NCBI RefSeq assembly: GCF_009914755.1
Contig: NC_060925.1
Direction: 5' to 3' (one strand)
DNA: 64,000 nucleotides
From: the human T2T-CHM13v2.0 reference genome, Homo sapiens
Positions 44,385-58,920 of this stretch are shown here, piece by piece (position 1 is the first letter of the stretch; every line of letters starts with the position of its first letter). The notes beneath the pieces are model-generated. The model did no database searches, was not told the origin of the DNA, and worked only from the letters and a program-made list of their open reading frames with translations. A program made the position numbers and the translations under genes.

Positions 44385-44630
44385 TGGAGGCAGCATATTA
44401 GAGTAAAACAAAATCAGAGAACTCAGAGTTCAAGTTCAGTTTTGGCCATTTATCTTCTGGTAACCTTGAGTTACTCCTTTCTTAAATTTTGAGCTTCAGT
44501 TTCATCTCAGTATAAGAAAATAACAACATTTCCTTAAGGAAGATCTCAGAAGAGTTAAATGCAATTATAGGTGAAAAGTGCTTTGTAAGCTATAAATTCT
44601 TATATGCGTATAAATCAGTTATGTTATTTG
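44385..44630. mobile_element. MIR
   Basis: ggaggcagcat ... gagttcaagttcag ... gagcttcagtttcatc ... aagtgctttgtaagctataaa. Confidence 0.7.
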
Positions 44631-44811
44631 ACAAGTAGTGTAGCCCAGAGGTAGTTTACTCTTATGTTCATGATAATGGTCTTTCTTAAAATTATCTGTC
44701 TGTGATCTTAGGGTAAGACAACTACAATATGATTTATATTTTCCAGATATTTTCTAAAATAATTTGTTTTGTTCTGTATATATTTTCATAGGAATATGAG
44801 TGTATGGATTG

Positions 44812-44930
44812 ATTTCTTCTCCCCTTTCCCCTTTTCCCTCCTTGCCTTTCCTTTCCTTTCCTTTCCTCTCTTTCCTTGCTTCCTTCCTTCCTTCTCTCTG
44901 TCTCCCTTCCTCCCTCCCTTACTTCCTTGT
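44812..44930. repeat. CT-rich low complexity
   Basis: Direct reading. Confidence 0.85.
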
Positions 44931-45420
44931 TTCATTCAGCAATTTCTATTGAATGTCAAACACTGTTCTAAGCACTGTACTGGGACTACAATAGTGAACA
45001 AGGTTGACAAAGTTCCTATCCTCATGAAACTTATATTTTAGTGGAGAAATAGATTATTAAAAACAATGAGAATATAATTTCAGCTAGATGAAATTCCTAT
45101 GAATAAACTAAAGCAGAATTAGGAGATAGAAAAGGATTGAGTCATGTATGTAGGGAAGGAGGAGCATGCTATTTTAGACAGAGTTGTCAAAGAAGGCCTC
45201 TCTTGGAATGAAGTTTTATCAGATAATTAAATAAAATGACAGTGAGTCATATTAAGATCTGAATGAAGAAGATTTAAGAAAGGAGGAAAAATCATTTGTA
45301 ACATTCTTCTCATTCATCATGTTTGAGGAAAAGCAAAGATACCATTGTGGTTGGGGGAGACTGGCCATGGAGGGCCTTATGGCAGTGGTGAGAAGTCTGG
45401 AGTTTCTCCACAGTGTGGAG
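44931..45420 (-). mobile_element. L2 3' end
   Basis: ttcattcagcaatttctattgaatgtc ... aaagttcctatcctcatgaaacttatattttagtgg. Confidence 0.78.
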
Positions 45421-45659
45421 TGGGGCAGGAATTTTTGTTTATAAATAAGTATACCGTCTTTTATGAGTTTGGTGTGAATTAGTTCCCCCAGAGTCCGGAC
45501 AACTCTTGATAAGCAGATAAAGTATCTGAACCTGAAAAGCTGAGGACTTGCTCCTAAACTTGACTGTGATGTGGCTATGATGCTGCTGAACTATGTGACC
45601 CTTTCTGAAGCAGACAGCTAGTTGCCCTCTTTGACTTTTTAAAAAACGTGTCAAAATTC

Positions 45660-46250
45660 TTTTCATTGTAAGAATAGAAACCTATCCAAAAATGTATCCT
45701 AAATAAGCTAAGCAAAAAAGATTTATTGACTCATATAACAGAGCAGATTATGGTTAGCTGTTGATGAGGTTCGATTTAACTCAATGGCCACCTCAGGTCA
45801 TTACATTGGCTCCATTCCCAGGCTTCAAAAGGTGGTTTCCTGGAAGCTACAGGCTTTTTCCCTGACTGTGGCAGTTCCTAGTCTCAATCCTCATTCCTTG
45901 AATTATCAGAGGATATGCTCTCTCTTCTCGAATGGCTTGGGGTGTGGAAAGGGTAGAAAGAAAAGAGGGAAAGCTTATTTCCCAGAAGCCCTTTCAAATA
46001 TTCCTCAAATCTTGTTGGATTAAAATTAGCCATGGGCCCATTCCTGAATCAACTCTGTGGCCAGTAAGATGAAATTGTCTTATTGGCTAAAGTTAACAGA
46101 GCCCACCTCCAGAACTAAGGATAGAGTCCATCTTATCCAAACCAAACAGCATAAAATGTGGAAAGAAGTGAGTCTCTAAAGAAAAATCTGTGTGTGTTTG
46201 CAGAATAGTAGAGTGAAAAGGATGCTCGGGGGACACCAAAAAAAATGAAT
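45660..46250 (-). mobile_element. Old MaLR LTR (MLT1J/K-like)
   Basis: gctaagcaaaaaagatttattgactcatataac ... ccattcctgaatcaactctgtggccag ... tattggc. Confidence 0.65.
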
Positions 46251-46257
46251 GTTAGAC

Positions 46258-48872
46258 CGGATTTGGGCAAACTACAGCCTATGGGCCAAATCCTCCCCAT
46301 GACCTGTTTAGCATAGCCCTGGAGCTAAGAACAGTGTTTACAGTTACAAATGATGGGGGAAACTGGAAAGAAAAATAATACTTTGTGACATAGGAAATTA
46401 TATAAAATTTGAAGTTTAGTGTGCATAGTAAGTTTTATTGAAAATAATCACACTTGTTTGTTTATATATTGCTTATGGCTATTTTCACACCACAATGACA
46501 GAATTGAGTAGTTACAATAGAGTCTATAGGGCATTCAAAGCCTAAGTAAAACCTAGTTACTATCTGGTCCTTTACAGAAAAGCTTGCCAACTGCATTAGT
46601 CCATTTTCATACTGCTATAAAGAACTGCCAGAGACTGGGTAATTTATAAAGGAAAGAGTTTTAATTGATTCACAGTTAAGCATGGCTGGGAAGGCTTCAG
46701 GAAGCTTACAATTATGGTGGAAGATGAAGGGGAAGCAAGGCACTTCTTCACAAGACAGCAGGAAGGAGAAGTGCCGAGTGAGCAGGGAAGAGCTGCTTAT
46801 AAAACCATCAGATTTTGTGATAACTGACTCATTATCATGAGAACAGCATGGGGATACCACCCCCATAATTCAATTACCTCCACCTGGTCTCTCCCTTGAC
46901 TTGTGGAGATTATGGGAATTATGGGAATTACAATTCAAGATGAGATTTGGGTAGGGACATAAAGAGTAACCATATCATTCTGCCCCGGCCCCTCCCAAAT
47001 CTCATGTCCCTTTCACATTTCACAACCAATCATGCCTTCCCAACAGTCCCCCAAAGTCTTAATTCATTCCAGTATTAATCTAAAAGTCCACAGTCCAAAG
47101 TCTCACCTAAGACAATGCAAGTCCCTTCTGCCTATGAGCCTGTAAAATCAAAAGCAAGTTAGTTACTTCCTAGATAAAATGGGGACACAGGTATTGGGTA
47201 AATACAGCCATTCCAAATAGGAGAAATTGGGCAAAACAAAGGGGTTACAGAGCCCATGCAAGTCTGAAATCCAGTGGGGCAGTCAAGTCTTAAAGCTCCA
47301 AAATGATCTCCTTTGACTCCAAGTCTCACATCCAGGTCACACTGATGCAAGATGTGGGCTCCTGAGGCCTTGGGCAGCTCCACCTATGTGGCTTTGCAGT
47401 GTACAGTCCCCATCCTGGGCTGCTTTCACAGGCTGCCTGTGGCTTTTTCAGGCACATGGTGCAAGCTGTTGGTGGATCTACCATTCTGGGGTCTGAAGGA
47501 TGGTGGCTCACAGCTCTATTAGGCAGTGTCCCAGTGGGGACTCTGTGTGGGGGTTCTGACCCCACATTTCCATTCCACACTGCCCTAGCAGAGGTTCTCT
47601 ATGAAGGCTCCACTCTTGCAACAAACTTCTGCCTGGACATCCATACATGTTACTATAAATCCTCTGAAATCTAGGTGGAGATTCCCAAACCTCAATCCTT
47701 GATTTCTGTGCACCCGCAGGCCCAACACCACATGTAAGCTGTCAAGGTATGGGGCTTGCACTCTCTGAAGCAATGGCCTGAGCTGTATGTTGGCTCATTT
47801 TAGCCACAGCTGGGATGCAGGGCACCAAGTGCCAAGACTGCACAAAGAAACAAGGACCCTGAGCCCAGCACAATAAACCAATTTTTCCTCCTAGGCATCC
47901 AGGCCTGTGATGAAAGGGACTGCCAGGAAGGTCTCTGACATGCCCCAGAAACATTTTCCCTGTTGTCATGGTGATTCGCATTTGGCTCCTTGTTATTACA
48001 CAAACTTCTGCAGAGGCTTGAATTTCTCCCCAGAATATGGGTTTTTCTTTTCTACTGCATTTTCAGGCTGCAAAATATTTAAACTTTTGTACTCTGTCAC
48101 CTCTTGAAGGCTTTGCTGTTTTGAAATTTCTTCTGCCAGAAACCCTAAGTCATTCAAGTTCAATGTTCCACAGATCTCTAGGGCAGGGATAAAATGCTGC
48201 AGTCTCTTTGCTAAAGCATAGCAAGAGGCACCTTTATGCCAGTTCCCAACAAGTTCCTCATCTCCATCTGAGACCACCTCAGCCCAGACTTCATTGTCTA
48301 TATCACTATCAGCATCTTGGTCAAAGCCATTTAACAAGTCTCTAGGAAGTTCCAAAGTTTCCCACATCTTCCTGTCTTCTGAGCCCTCCAAACTGTTTCA
48401 ACCTCTGCCTGTTACTCAGTTCCAAAGTTGCTTCCACCTTTTTGGGTATCTTTATAGCAGCACCCCACTCTCTGTGGTACCAATTTACTGTATTAGTCCA
48501 TTTTCATACTTCTATAAGGAACTGCCCAAGCTGGGTAGTTTATAAAGGAGGTTACATTGACTCACAGTTCAGCAAGACTGGGGAGGCCTCTAGAAACTTA
48601 CAATCATGGTGGAAGGTGAAGGGGAAGCAAGGCACATTCTTCACAAGGCAGCAGGAAGGAGAAGTGCCGAGCGAAATGGGGAAGACCCCCTTATAACACC
48701 ATTAGATCTCATAAGAACTCACTCACTCTCATGAAAACAGCATGGGGAAACCACCCCCATGATTGAATTGCCTCCACCTGATCTCTCCCTTGGCACATGG
48801 GGATTAGGGGGATTACAATTCAAGATGAGATTTGGGTGGGGACACAAAGCCTAACCATATCATCAACCCCAG
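46258..48872. mobile_element. MER58B-like hAT element (46258-46591 and 48863-48872), interrupted near its end by THE1D
   Basis: gggcaaactacagcctatgggccaaatcc ... ctatctggtcctttacagaaaagcttgccaac|ccc. Confidence 0.82.
46592..48862 (-). mobile_element. Full-length THE1D-like MaLR: LTR 46592-46977, internal 46978-48488, LTR 48489-48862
   Basis: Two direct LTRs, TSD ccaac/tcaac; internal ORF remnant EGSEDRKMWETLELPRDLLNGFDQ..WHKGASCYALAKRL. Confidence 0.95.
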
Positions 48873-48879
48873 TACTAGA

Positions 48880-49420
48880 CCATCTAAATCAGCATAAGCA
48901 AAAAAGGGGAGGTGATGGCTAAAACAACTGAAAAGTTCAGGGATGAATATGCATTTAGGTCTGGCTAGAAGTAAGAGCTACAAATGTGCCCACCAACATT
49001 TTTCTCTCTCTCTTATTCTTGCTATTCTCATCCTTTCTCTTGCATTCCTTCCTCTTTTGCCATGACTCCCCTCTGCTTTTTTCTGTTAGCTTTGTTTTTG
49101 GGAATGTTCTTCCCAGGTGGTAGCAAGTGCACCACGGATAGCTCTAGATTTATGTTGTTCCTACAGCTAGTGAATCCAAAAACCATGTATTTCCCAAGAG
49201 CATTAGCAAAAGCCCAAAGGAAAATTCTGACACCTCTGCCTTGGAACTATAGCTCCTCCCTGGGATGAATTATTGTGCCTAAAGAGTGAAGGATTCTGAT
49301 TAGCTAGGCTGGATGATGTGCTCACTCTGTATCTGGGGTCCCGAGGTCACCAGTGGGTAGCAGGAAATTTCCAAAAGGGAAAGATGACAGAAGACAAAAA
49401 GCATCAGATGTTTACTAAAA
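48880..49420 (-). mobile_element. Old MaLR LTR (MLT1J-like)
   Basis: ggctaaaacaactgaaaagttcaggg ... attctgattagctaggctgg ... cagaagacaaaaagcatcagatg. Confidence 0.55.
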
Positions 49421-50381
49421 ATCTGCCCTTTAAATTTTATAAAAGATTAATTCTTGTTTTAATACATATTAATCAAGTTCTTGATTTTATTTCCATGCAC
49501 TTGTTTTTAAAAGTATTGTTTTCAATACATGTGTATGATGCAAACATGTCGAGTGATGCCCATTTCCCATTTTGGAGAATTTTTTTAGGATCTATTCAAT
49601 GATAAGTAGTTGGCATTGTAAAGTAGATTTTTTTTCCCCAAAGCCCATTCAGGGGAATCTATGTCTGTTTATCCAGTCGAAGCATGAGACAAAAGGGAAC
49701 GTTTCACAGCAAACAGCTTTTAGAGAACAGTTGCTTGGGCAGTTTTTCCAGAGCAATGGGATTTAGATGTGGTGGAAAATACATAAGGCCGAAATACCTG
49801 ATGAAACTTGTCAACACTTTTAATTCTACATCTGTTGTTGATCACACTATGGGACTTGTTAATATGTTTATGATCATGTTGCCACAATGGAAAACACCAA
49901 GTTAAATTGTCATGTCTAGTCAGGTAGGGCACCAGGTCCTTCATGTATATTTGATGACAAACAATTCCATTAAAACATGGCTGGGTTATTTCATTAATGT
50001 AACTCATAGAGAGCCTCGTGTTTGGTTTTGTTATTCTTTGTGCCCCAGGCATAAGCAAGTAGAAGAATTCAAGACACTTAAGCCAAGAAAGTGGAATAGT
50101 AATTAGCTCCCCCATTAACAAAACATCAGTTTTGTGTGAAGTGCTAGTTAGGTTTTCAGGGTTGTCATCTCTCATCTGGTTAGCAAGTGAACAGAAAAGC
50201 TGGCTTTTTGATATGGAATGAGCTAGGGTTCAGGTACTTGCTAAGCACTTCTGGTTGTTAAAATTGAGAAACTACCAGGGGCTTGTATTATCATATTGCA
50301 ATTAATGTTCCCTATCAACACTAAAGTAAACCTTTTTTAGCAATAAGTTAAAATAGTTTTTTTTTTTTTTTTTTTAATGCT

Positions 50382-50657
<276 letters not shown>

Positions 50658-53304
50658 CTAATCTGCAATATGTCTATCTCCTCTCTCCCTGCCCCTCCAA
50701 GCTCCCTACCCCTACAACAATTTGTCTTTGAATGAGTTACTAATGAGATAGAGTTACCATTCAATAAAGCCTATCAGGTTTGAACACATCACATGGAACA
50801 TCTTGTATGTCTCACTTAAAATACTTCATACTTTAACAAAATTATTAAATAAAATCCATGTAAAGTAATCAAAGAAAATGAAATTTAGTGTTGCACAGCC
50901 AAGTGCCATCTGTAAGGTTTATGTAACTGAATTCTCATAGACTGCAGCAATGCCGGACCTTTGAGGAACCTTGTCTAATGCACCCTCTCCTTCTATACAA
51001 AATGCCTAGCAGAGTACCTGGAACACAATAAGCGCCACATAAATGAATATATAAAACTGCACCTCTTCATGCACACATCAACCTCCATCTTGCTATGCTT
51101 TCATACATATTTTAACTTCTACACTAAAAGCCATTGTCCATAAAGGCAGAATTCATTATGAACCACAGTATCGTGCCTTTCATGTCTAGTATACGTTAAA
51201 TATCTATTTTGAAGTGAAAATATAACATTAACTACATCTAAAATGCTTTACCTATAGGAAATAGAAAATGTAAGTGTACCTGATTTCCTCTTAATAATGG
51301 CTTATCTTATTTTCTCATGAGAACTATTTTTAATTGTCTTCATTAATGATCTGGACAAGGTAGAGGGATTTAAGCAGATGGTACTCATAGCTGGTCTTTT
51401 ATTCTCAAACATTTAAAACAAAGTGAAGGCCGGGATAAAGTTGTAAGACAGGAAGACATGGAATCCCAAGTTGAAATACCCCATGGTGTTTTTCAGCTGC
51501 TTTATTTGGGAATGATCTTTCCCCTAAGGTCTACTGGCTGGAAGATCAAGTGAGGGATAACTCTCTCAGAATGACATTTAGGTAGAAAATAAAAATCCTA
51601 ATGAGAAAATACTAATAATGTACTTAGAAGCCTTGACTATGGGTAGAAAATAGGAAATGAAAGGCAAGAGACAAAACTAAATGGAATGCCATTCATAAAA
51701 ACAATATGGATGGCAGGTATTATGGCTCATAAGAGGAAAAAACAAGAAAAAAAAAACCCAAATTTCACAGAATTTTGTAGCAAAATGTGACACAGTAGGT
51801 GATGGCCTTTCAGGTTGTATAAAAAAGAGTTTTTAGTTTCTTTACTATGAGCTTAATGAAATTATGGGCAGTGTCCATTTTTGCTCACCATATTACACGT
51901 AGTACCTGTGACAATGCCCAGCACATAGTAGGTGTTTCACAAATAATTGATGAATAAGTAATTCATAGGATCAGAAGCCTTCAGCTCAAACTCTGCTTAG
52001 CCTTGATATTGAGGTATGAAGACAGAGACAAACCCATAGTAAATAAAGCATTGGGAGAAAACTGTTTATTTTTATATTTCTGCCCTTTTCAATGTTTCTT
52101 TCATTTGTAATATTTTCCACCTTCTCAAACTTATTCTTTTTAATATAAAGAGAGGTGCAAAAGAATTGCTTAAGGAAAGAACTTTCCTCTTGGGATCTAC
52201 ATAGATTTCTGGTAGTATGAACATATACTTTGAATAATAATAATTATTGTTTTATATGTGTGTAACACCTTTCCACTAGAGAATATTTTTTTTTGGTTTG
52301 TGAATTTCCACATTTTCTGTAAACAAAAAAAAAAATTATTCTCCTTTGTGGCAAGGACTTGAAAAAAGAATTATTCCAAAATAGGTCTCATTAAGACAAC
52401 AAAATCAGTTTATGTCCCAAGAGCTTCTCTCTCTGCACCATCTTGCAGCAATCCCATCTGTTTTTGGCTGTTGGTGTAACAGTTAAAGTAGTATTTTAAG
52501 TTAATACATAGCAACAAGCTAATTTAGCAGGCGTGTTAAAAGAATATGCTTTTATAAAAGCTTGCTTGTCAAAACTGATGGAGTTTGACTAAGAGAAATG
52601 GTTAAAGAAGATCTAGCTGTTAAAACCAATGTTTACCTTTACAATTAATATCTTTTAACAGTAAAGGAAGAAGCCATCATAAATAGATGATTTGAAGTAG
52701 ATTACATGCTCCTAAATGCTTATTTCATGTGAAATAGCTCAGTACTTAAATTATTGTCAGTTAAATAATAAGATCAGGCTCACTTGTGTTCCTGGTACTA
52801 TGCTAGATTAAAAGAATAATGTTTTGAACTTACCCCTGTTTCTTTGACCTCTTCCCATAAAGCATGAGGGTTACTAAGCACCAAGATAGTCTACCACCAT
52901 ATTTCAAGCTGACTGAGCATTTAATGTAAACAAACCTTACAATTCTGTGCTTGTCTATGATCAAATCCTTGCCAGAGTATTTTATATTGGCTAGTGTTTG
53001 AACATAATCATTATTTTCTGCCTTCAAAATTATCTTAGTGAGGGCTATAAATTTAAGATATGCAAATATTTAGTGAATAGGTACTATCTGCAAAGCAAAG
53101 TGGAATATGAAAAGTAGAATAAGATTTATTATTTAAACCATGTATAATTTCACAAAAGGACTTAAAGCAGAATGTTCATTTACCTCATTTGAAAATGGAA
53201 TATGCCCACATTGCTTATTTCCAAAAGGTGTCGTAAAGATCAAATGACATAATTTGTGCTAAGTATGTGTCAAGTACCATACAATACAAATGCAGTACAC
53301 TAAT

Positions 53305-54154
53305 TGTGTTAGTCCATTCTTGTGTTGCTATAAAGAAATACCTCAGACTGGGTAATATATTTTATTTTTTTCATCTTGAAATCCTTTTTTTAAAAAAATT
53401 TTACTTTAAGTTCTGGGATACATGCACAGAAAGTGCAGGTTTGTTACACAGGTATACATGTGCCATGGTGGTTTGCTGCAGCTATCAACCCATCATCTAG
53501 GTTTTAAGCCCTGCATGCATTAGCTATTTGTCCTAATGGTCTCCCTCTCCAGTGTGTGATGTTCCCCTCCCTGTGTCTGTGTGTCCTCATTGTCTGACTC
53601 TCACTTATGAGTGAGAACATGAGGTGTTTGGTTTTCTGTTCCTGTGTTAGTTTGCTGAGAATGATGGCTACCAGCTTTATCCATGTCCCTGCAAAGGACA
53701 TGAACTCATTATGTTTTATGGCTGCATGGTATTCCATGGTGAATATGTGCCAGATTTTCTTTACCCAGAGACTGAGTAATATATAAAGAAAAGAGGTTTA
53801 ATTGGTTCACGGTTCTGCAAGCTGTACAAGAAGCACAGTGCCAGCATCTGCTCAACTTCTGGTGGGGGCCCTAGGAAGCCTACAGTCATGGTGGAAGGTG
53901 AAGGCAGAGCAGGTGCATTGTGTGCTAAGAGTGGGAGTGAGAGAGAGAGAGCAGGGAGATTCCACACTCTTTTAAACAACCAGATCTCGCATGAACTACC
54001 AGAGCAAGAACTAACTCGTCACCAAAGGGATGGCACTAAGCCATTTATGAGTGATCCAGGCTCATGATCCAAATACCTCCCACCAGGCCTACTCCAACAT
54101 TGGGTATCCCATTTCAACATGAGATTTGGAGGGGACAAACATCCAAACCATACC
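53305..54154 (-). mobile_element. MSTB-like MaLR solo LTR interrupted by L1PA
   Basis: tgtgttagtccattcttgtgttgctataaagaaatacc ... ggggacaaacatccaaaccatacca. Confidence 0.9.
53361..53766 (-). mobile_element. L1PA 3' end (5'-truncated)
   Basis: Antisense L1PA 3'UTR; TSD agactgggtaatatat / agactgagtaatatat. Confidence 0.93.
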
Positions 54155-54176
54155 ATTAATATACATTAATAATCTG

Positions 54177-54698
54177 TGTATTAGGATTCTCTGAAGAAAC
54201 AAACCCAATTGTGTGTGTGTGTGTGTGTGTATACCTATATATCCTAAAAACTTTTTATTATAATGTATCAATTCACACAATTATAGAGGTGAAAAAGTCC
54301 CACAATAAGTCATCTACAAGCTGGAGGCCGGGTAAGGCCAGTGGTGTAGTTCAAAGGCGTGACAGCCAGTGGGTTGATGGTGTAGATTCCTTTCCAATCT
54401 GAAGGCCTGAGGACCAGGAGCACCAAGGGCAGGGGAAGGTCAATGTCCTAGCTCAAGCAGTCAAACAGAGGGAGCAGGAATCCAGTGTTCCTCCTCCTTT
54501 TTGTTTCATTTGGGGCCTCAACCAGTTGGTAGTTGGCCCGTCCACACTGGGAAGGGCTATCTGATTTGCTCAATCTACCAATTTGAATGCCGATCTCCTT
54601 CAGAAACACCCTTAGAGACACACCGAGAAATAATGTTTAGTCAGACATCTGGGAATCCCATGGCTCAGTCAAGCAGCTGCATAAAATTAACTGTCACA
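54177..54698 (-). mobile_element. MLT2B-like ERVL solo LTR with (TG)n
   Basis: tgtattaggattctctgaagaaac ... ataaaattaactgtcaca; TSD atctg. Confidence 0.9.
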
Positions 54699-54891
54699 AT
54701 CTGTAATTAAATAATGTTAAATGTTTTAGGAAGTCTTTTTAATTAGAACATTTTAACTTTTCAATTCCAGAGCCGAAGTTTAAGTATGCCCTGGGAATTT
54801 TGGAATATTGGGTTATGAGCAAGGATCATATTTAGGAAGATGATTTGGGCTCAAAGTATTAGAAGCCCTCACTCAACTCAATCTTACTTAA

Positions 54892-55356
<465 letters not shown>

Positions 55357-55811
55357 TATAGGAAATCTTTTTACGATGCACCCCAACAGACTTTATCTCC
55401 TGTTCCCTGATGGGAATGACATCATATACTCAGTCAAAGCCAGTGAGAATGGGGCTCCCATGACTGTTTTATACAAACCAGGCTCTTACTTTGGGTCTGA
55501 AACAGGAACCCATGAATGGATTTGGGATTCTGTAAGAAAGGAAGGGGTGGGAAATGAATGTTGGGTGAATAACGAACAAAATTCACTATGCATAGGTCTG
55601 GGTTCTTAGGCCTCCTCTCATTAAATATGTTGTTTTAATTACCCCATGCATTTATTAGTTTATTTCTCTGATAGGGACTATTTCTCATACTTCAGATTCA
55701 TGTTGCCAGGATTCTGCTAGGTACCACAAATTTACTTTTTATAAAACAAATTTCATTATCTAAACTCTTAAGCCTATTTATCCTTGACCTTGGCTAGTAA
55801 TGTTATCCTTT

Positions 55812-55867
55812 TTCCAGGGTGGCCAATTTAAAACATTGCTTCCAGGGTGGCCAATTTAAAACACGCC
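55812..55867 (+). repeat. 28-bp tandem duplication
   Basis: ttccagggtggccaatttaaaaca repeated at 55812 and 55840. Confidence 0.92.
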
Positions 55868-56990
55868 TTCCATTGAGGGAGGGGATTATATCCCTGCCCC
55901 TTACATCTGGGCAGGCTTATGTCTGCTTTGACCAATAGAGTACAGTGTAAATGCTATGTGACTACTAAGCAGGTCATAAAAAGCCACAAACTTCTTCTTT
56001 ACACACTAGAACACTTTTTCTTGAAGGCTTGAGTCACTATGTAAGAAGTCTGACTTCCCCGAGGCAGCCATCAAGAGGCCACATGGACAGACAAAAAAGA
56101 GAGAGAGAGAGAGAAACCTAATGAGTTCCAGCCATTAGTCACACCAGCCTAGGTTCCTGACATGAGAGTGAAGTCTCCAGATGATTCTGGCTCCCAGCCA
56201 TCAAGTCAATCCTACTCATTGCTCTACAATGACTGGGAGGGGCTGAAGCTCCAGACACTGTAGAGCAATGACAAGCCATTCCTATAGTATGTACCCTGTC
56301 TGAATTCTTAACCCAAAGAATTCATGGGTGTGTCAATTTGTGTCTTCCAAAGATGACTGCAATATTTCCTATTCTAGATGGTCCTCTGCACTGATGCTCC
56401 TCCTATTGAGTAGTGGGGTCTCTGTCCCCTTCCCTTGAATTTGGGAACGCTATTGACTGCACCAACCCATAGACTACAGAAAAAGTGATGCTATGTGACT
56501 TCTGAGGCTAGGTTATGAAATGCCATGCAGCTTCTGCCTTGGTCTCTAGGATCACTCACTCTCTGCATGCTCCCTTTTGTGGTTCTTTGTCTCAGAACCC
56601 AGCCATCATGCTGAGAGGGGCTCAAGCCACATGGAGAGGCCACATGCAGGTGCCATGGTCAACCATCCCAGCTGAGTACAGCCTTTGAGTCATCCCAGCC
56701 CAGGCAGCAGATATGTGGATAAATATGCCTCCAGGTGGCTCCAGACCCAAATTCCCACACATTGGAGACTTTCGGCTGAGGCCCCAGACATTACAGAAGA
56801 AAGACAAGCCATCCCCACTATGCTCTGTCTAAATTCCTGACCCACAGAATCTACAAATATAATAAAAGGATTGTTCTGTGGCACTAAGTTTGAGATGGTT
56901 AGTTATGCAGCATTGAATATCAAGAATAGTGAGTACAATTGGTTATTATTTTAACCCACCATAGTTTTGGGTGGTTTGTAATAAACACAA
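55850..56990 (+). mobile_element. MLT1 (H/G-like) LTR with a second MLT1 (G-like, ~56330-56929) nested inside
   Basis: Two successive MLT1 bodies; the outer one stops at cccaaagaattcatgggt and resumes at tgagtacaattggttattattttaa. Confidence 0.7.
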
Positions 56991-57019
56991 CACCCAGCTA
57001 CTCAGGTCTGAAAACATGT

Positions 57020-58060
57020 TTCATTCTTTGCTTTCTTTTACTGCTTGTCCATTCAGAATTCTTATTTCATGAAATCTACCTTTGTTATATCCCTTGATGT
57101 TATCTTCTTTTTATTCCCACTACCACTGTTTTGGTCAGCTATTTTGCCCCTTTTCTAGATAATTGTAATAGTCTCTGAACTGATCTCCCTGCTTCCCAGC
57201 AATCCTTCCTACTATCTCCCTACACACCCTGCCCAGTCTATGCCATCCACTGCCACCAGAGTTGTCACCATAAACCTGGAAACATAAGGGTGGTACTGAG
57301 CTCCTGCCCCAAAACTTTCCTTGGCTATCTCATAGGGCATTCAGAACTCCCACAATTTTATCTTCTAGCCAGAGAAGTCACATATCTCTTCCAACATGCT
57401 CCTTTCTTTGTCTTTACTCAAGATGTGTCTTTTCCCCTGGAGTCTCCCTTCTCCAGTGTCCCCTCTTCAGTCTAATTCACATCTTCGCATCTTCTAATAA
57501 GGTTGGTAAGGCTTCCTAGACCTCCTATGGACAGAAATAGTTTCATATCTCTAGAAGACTTCATTTATACCACTGATAAAGAATTTATTAGGATGGGCAC
57601 GGTGGCTGACACCTGTAGTCCCGCACTTTGGGAGGCTGAGGTAGGCAGATCACCTGAGGTCAGGAGTTCGAGACCAGCCTGGTCAACATGGTGAAACCCC
57701 GTCTCTACTAAAAATACAAAAACTAGCTCTGCGTGGTGGCATGCACCTGTCGTCCCAGCTACTCAGGAAGCTGAACGCAGGAGAATCGCTTGAACCTGGG
57801 AGGCGGAGGTTGCAGTGAGCCGAGATTGTGCCAGTGCACTCCAGACTGGGCAACAGAGCGAGACTCTGTCTCAAAAAAAAAGAAAAAAAAAACGAATTTA
57901 TTACATCTTTCTCATATTATAGTTATCTGTGTAAATGTTCTATCATCCTCACCACTGGGATCTCCTAAAGGTGGGAATTAGTTTTTATTCATCTTATCAC
58001 TTTTAACCTGTGGCGGTACATCATCATGATACAATAAACATTCCACAAAATGAATCCAAT
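57020..58060 (+). mobile_element. L2 3' portion interrupted by Alu
   Basis: cccactaccact ... ataattgtaatagtctctgaactgatctccctgcttcc ... ccactgccaccagagt. Confidence 0.7.
57591..57892 (+). mobile_element. AluSx-like
   Basis: Full dimer; TSD gaatttatta on both sides. Confidence 0.95.
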
Positions 58061-58126
58061 AACTTATTTGTTCTGTCTGTTGTCAGATGATTCCTTTATC
58101 ATACATTGACTCTTCAATTAACTTTT

Positions 58127-58920
<794 letters not shown>

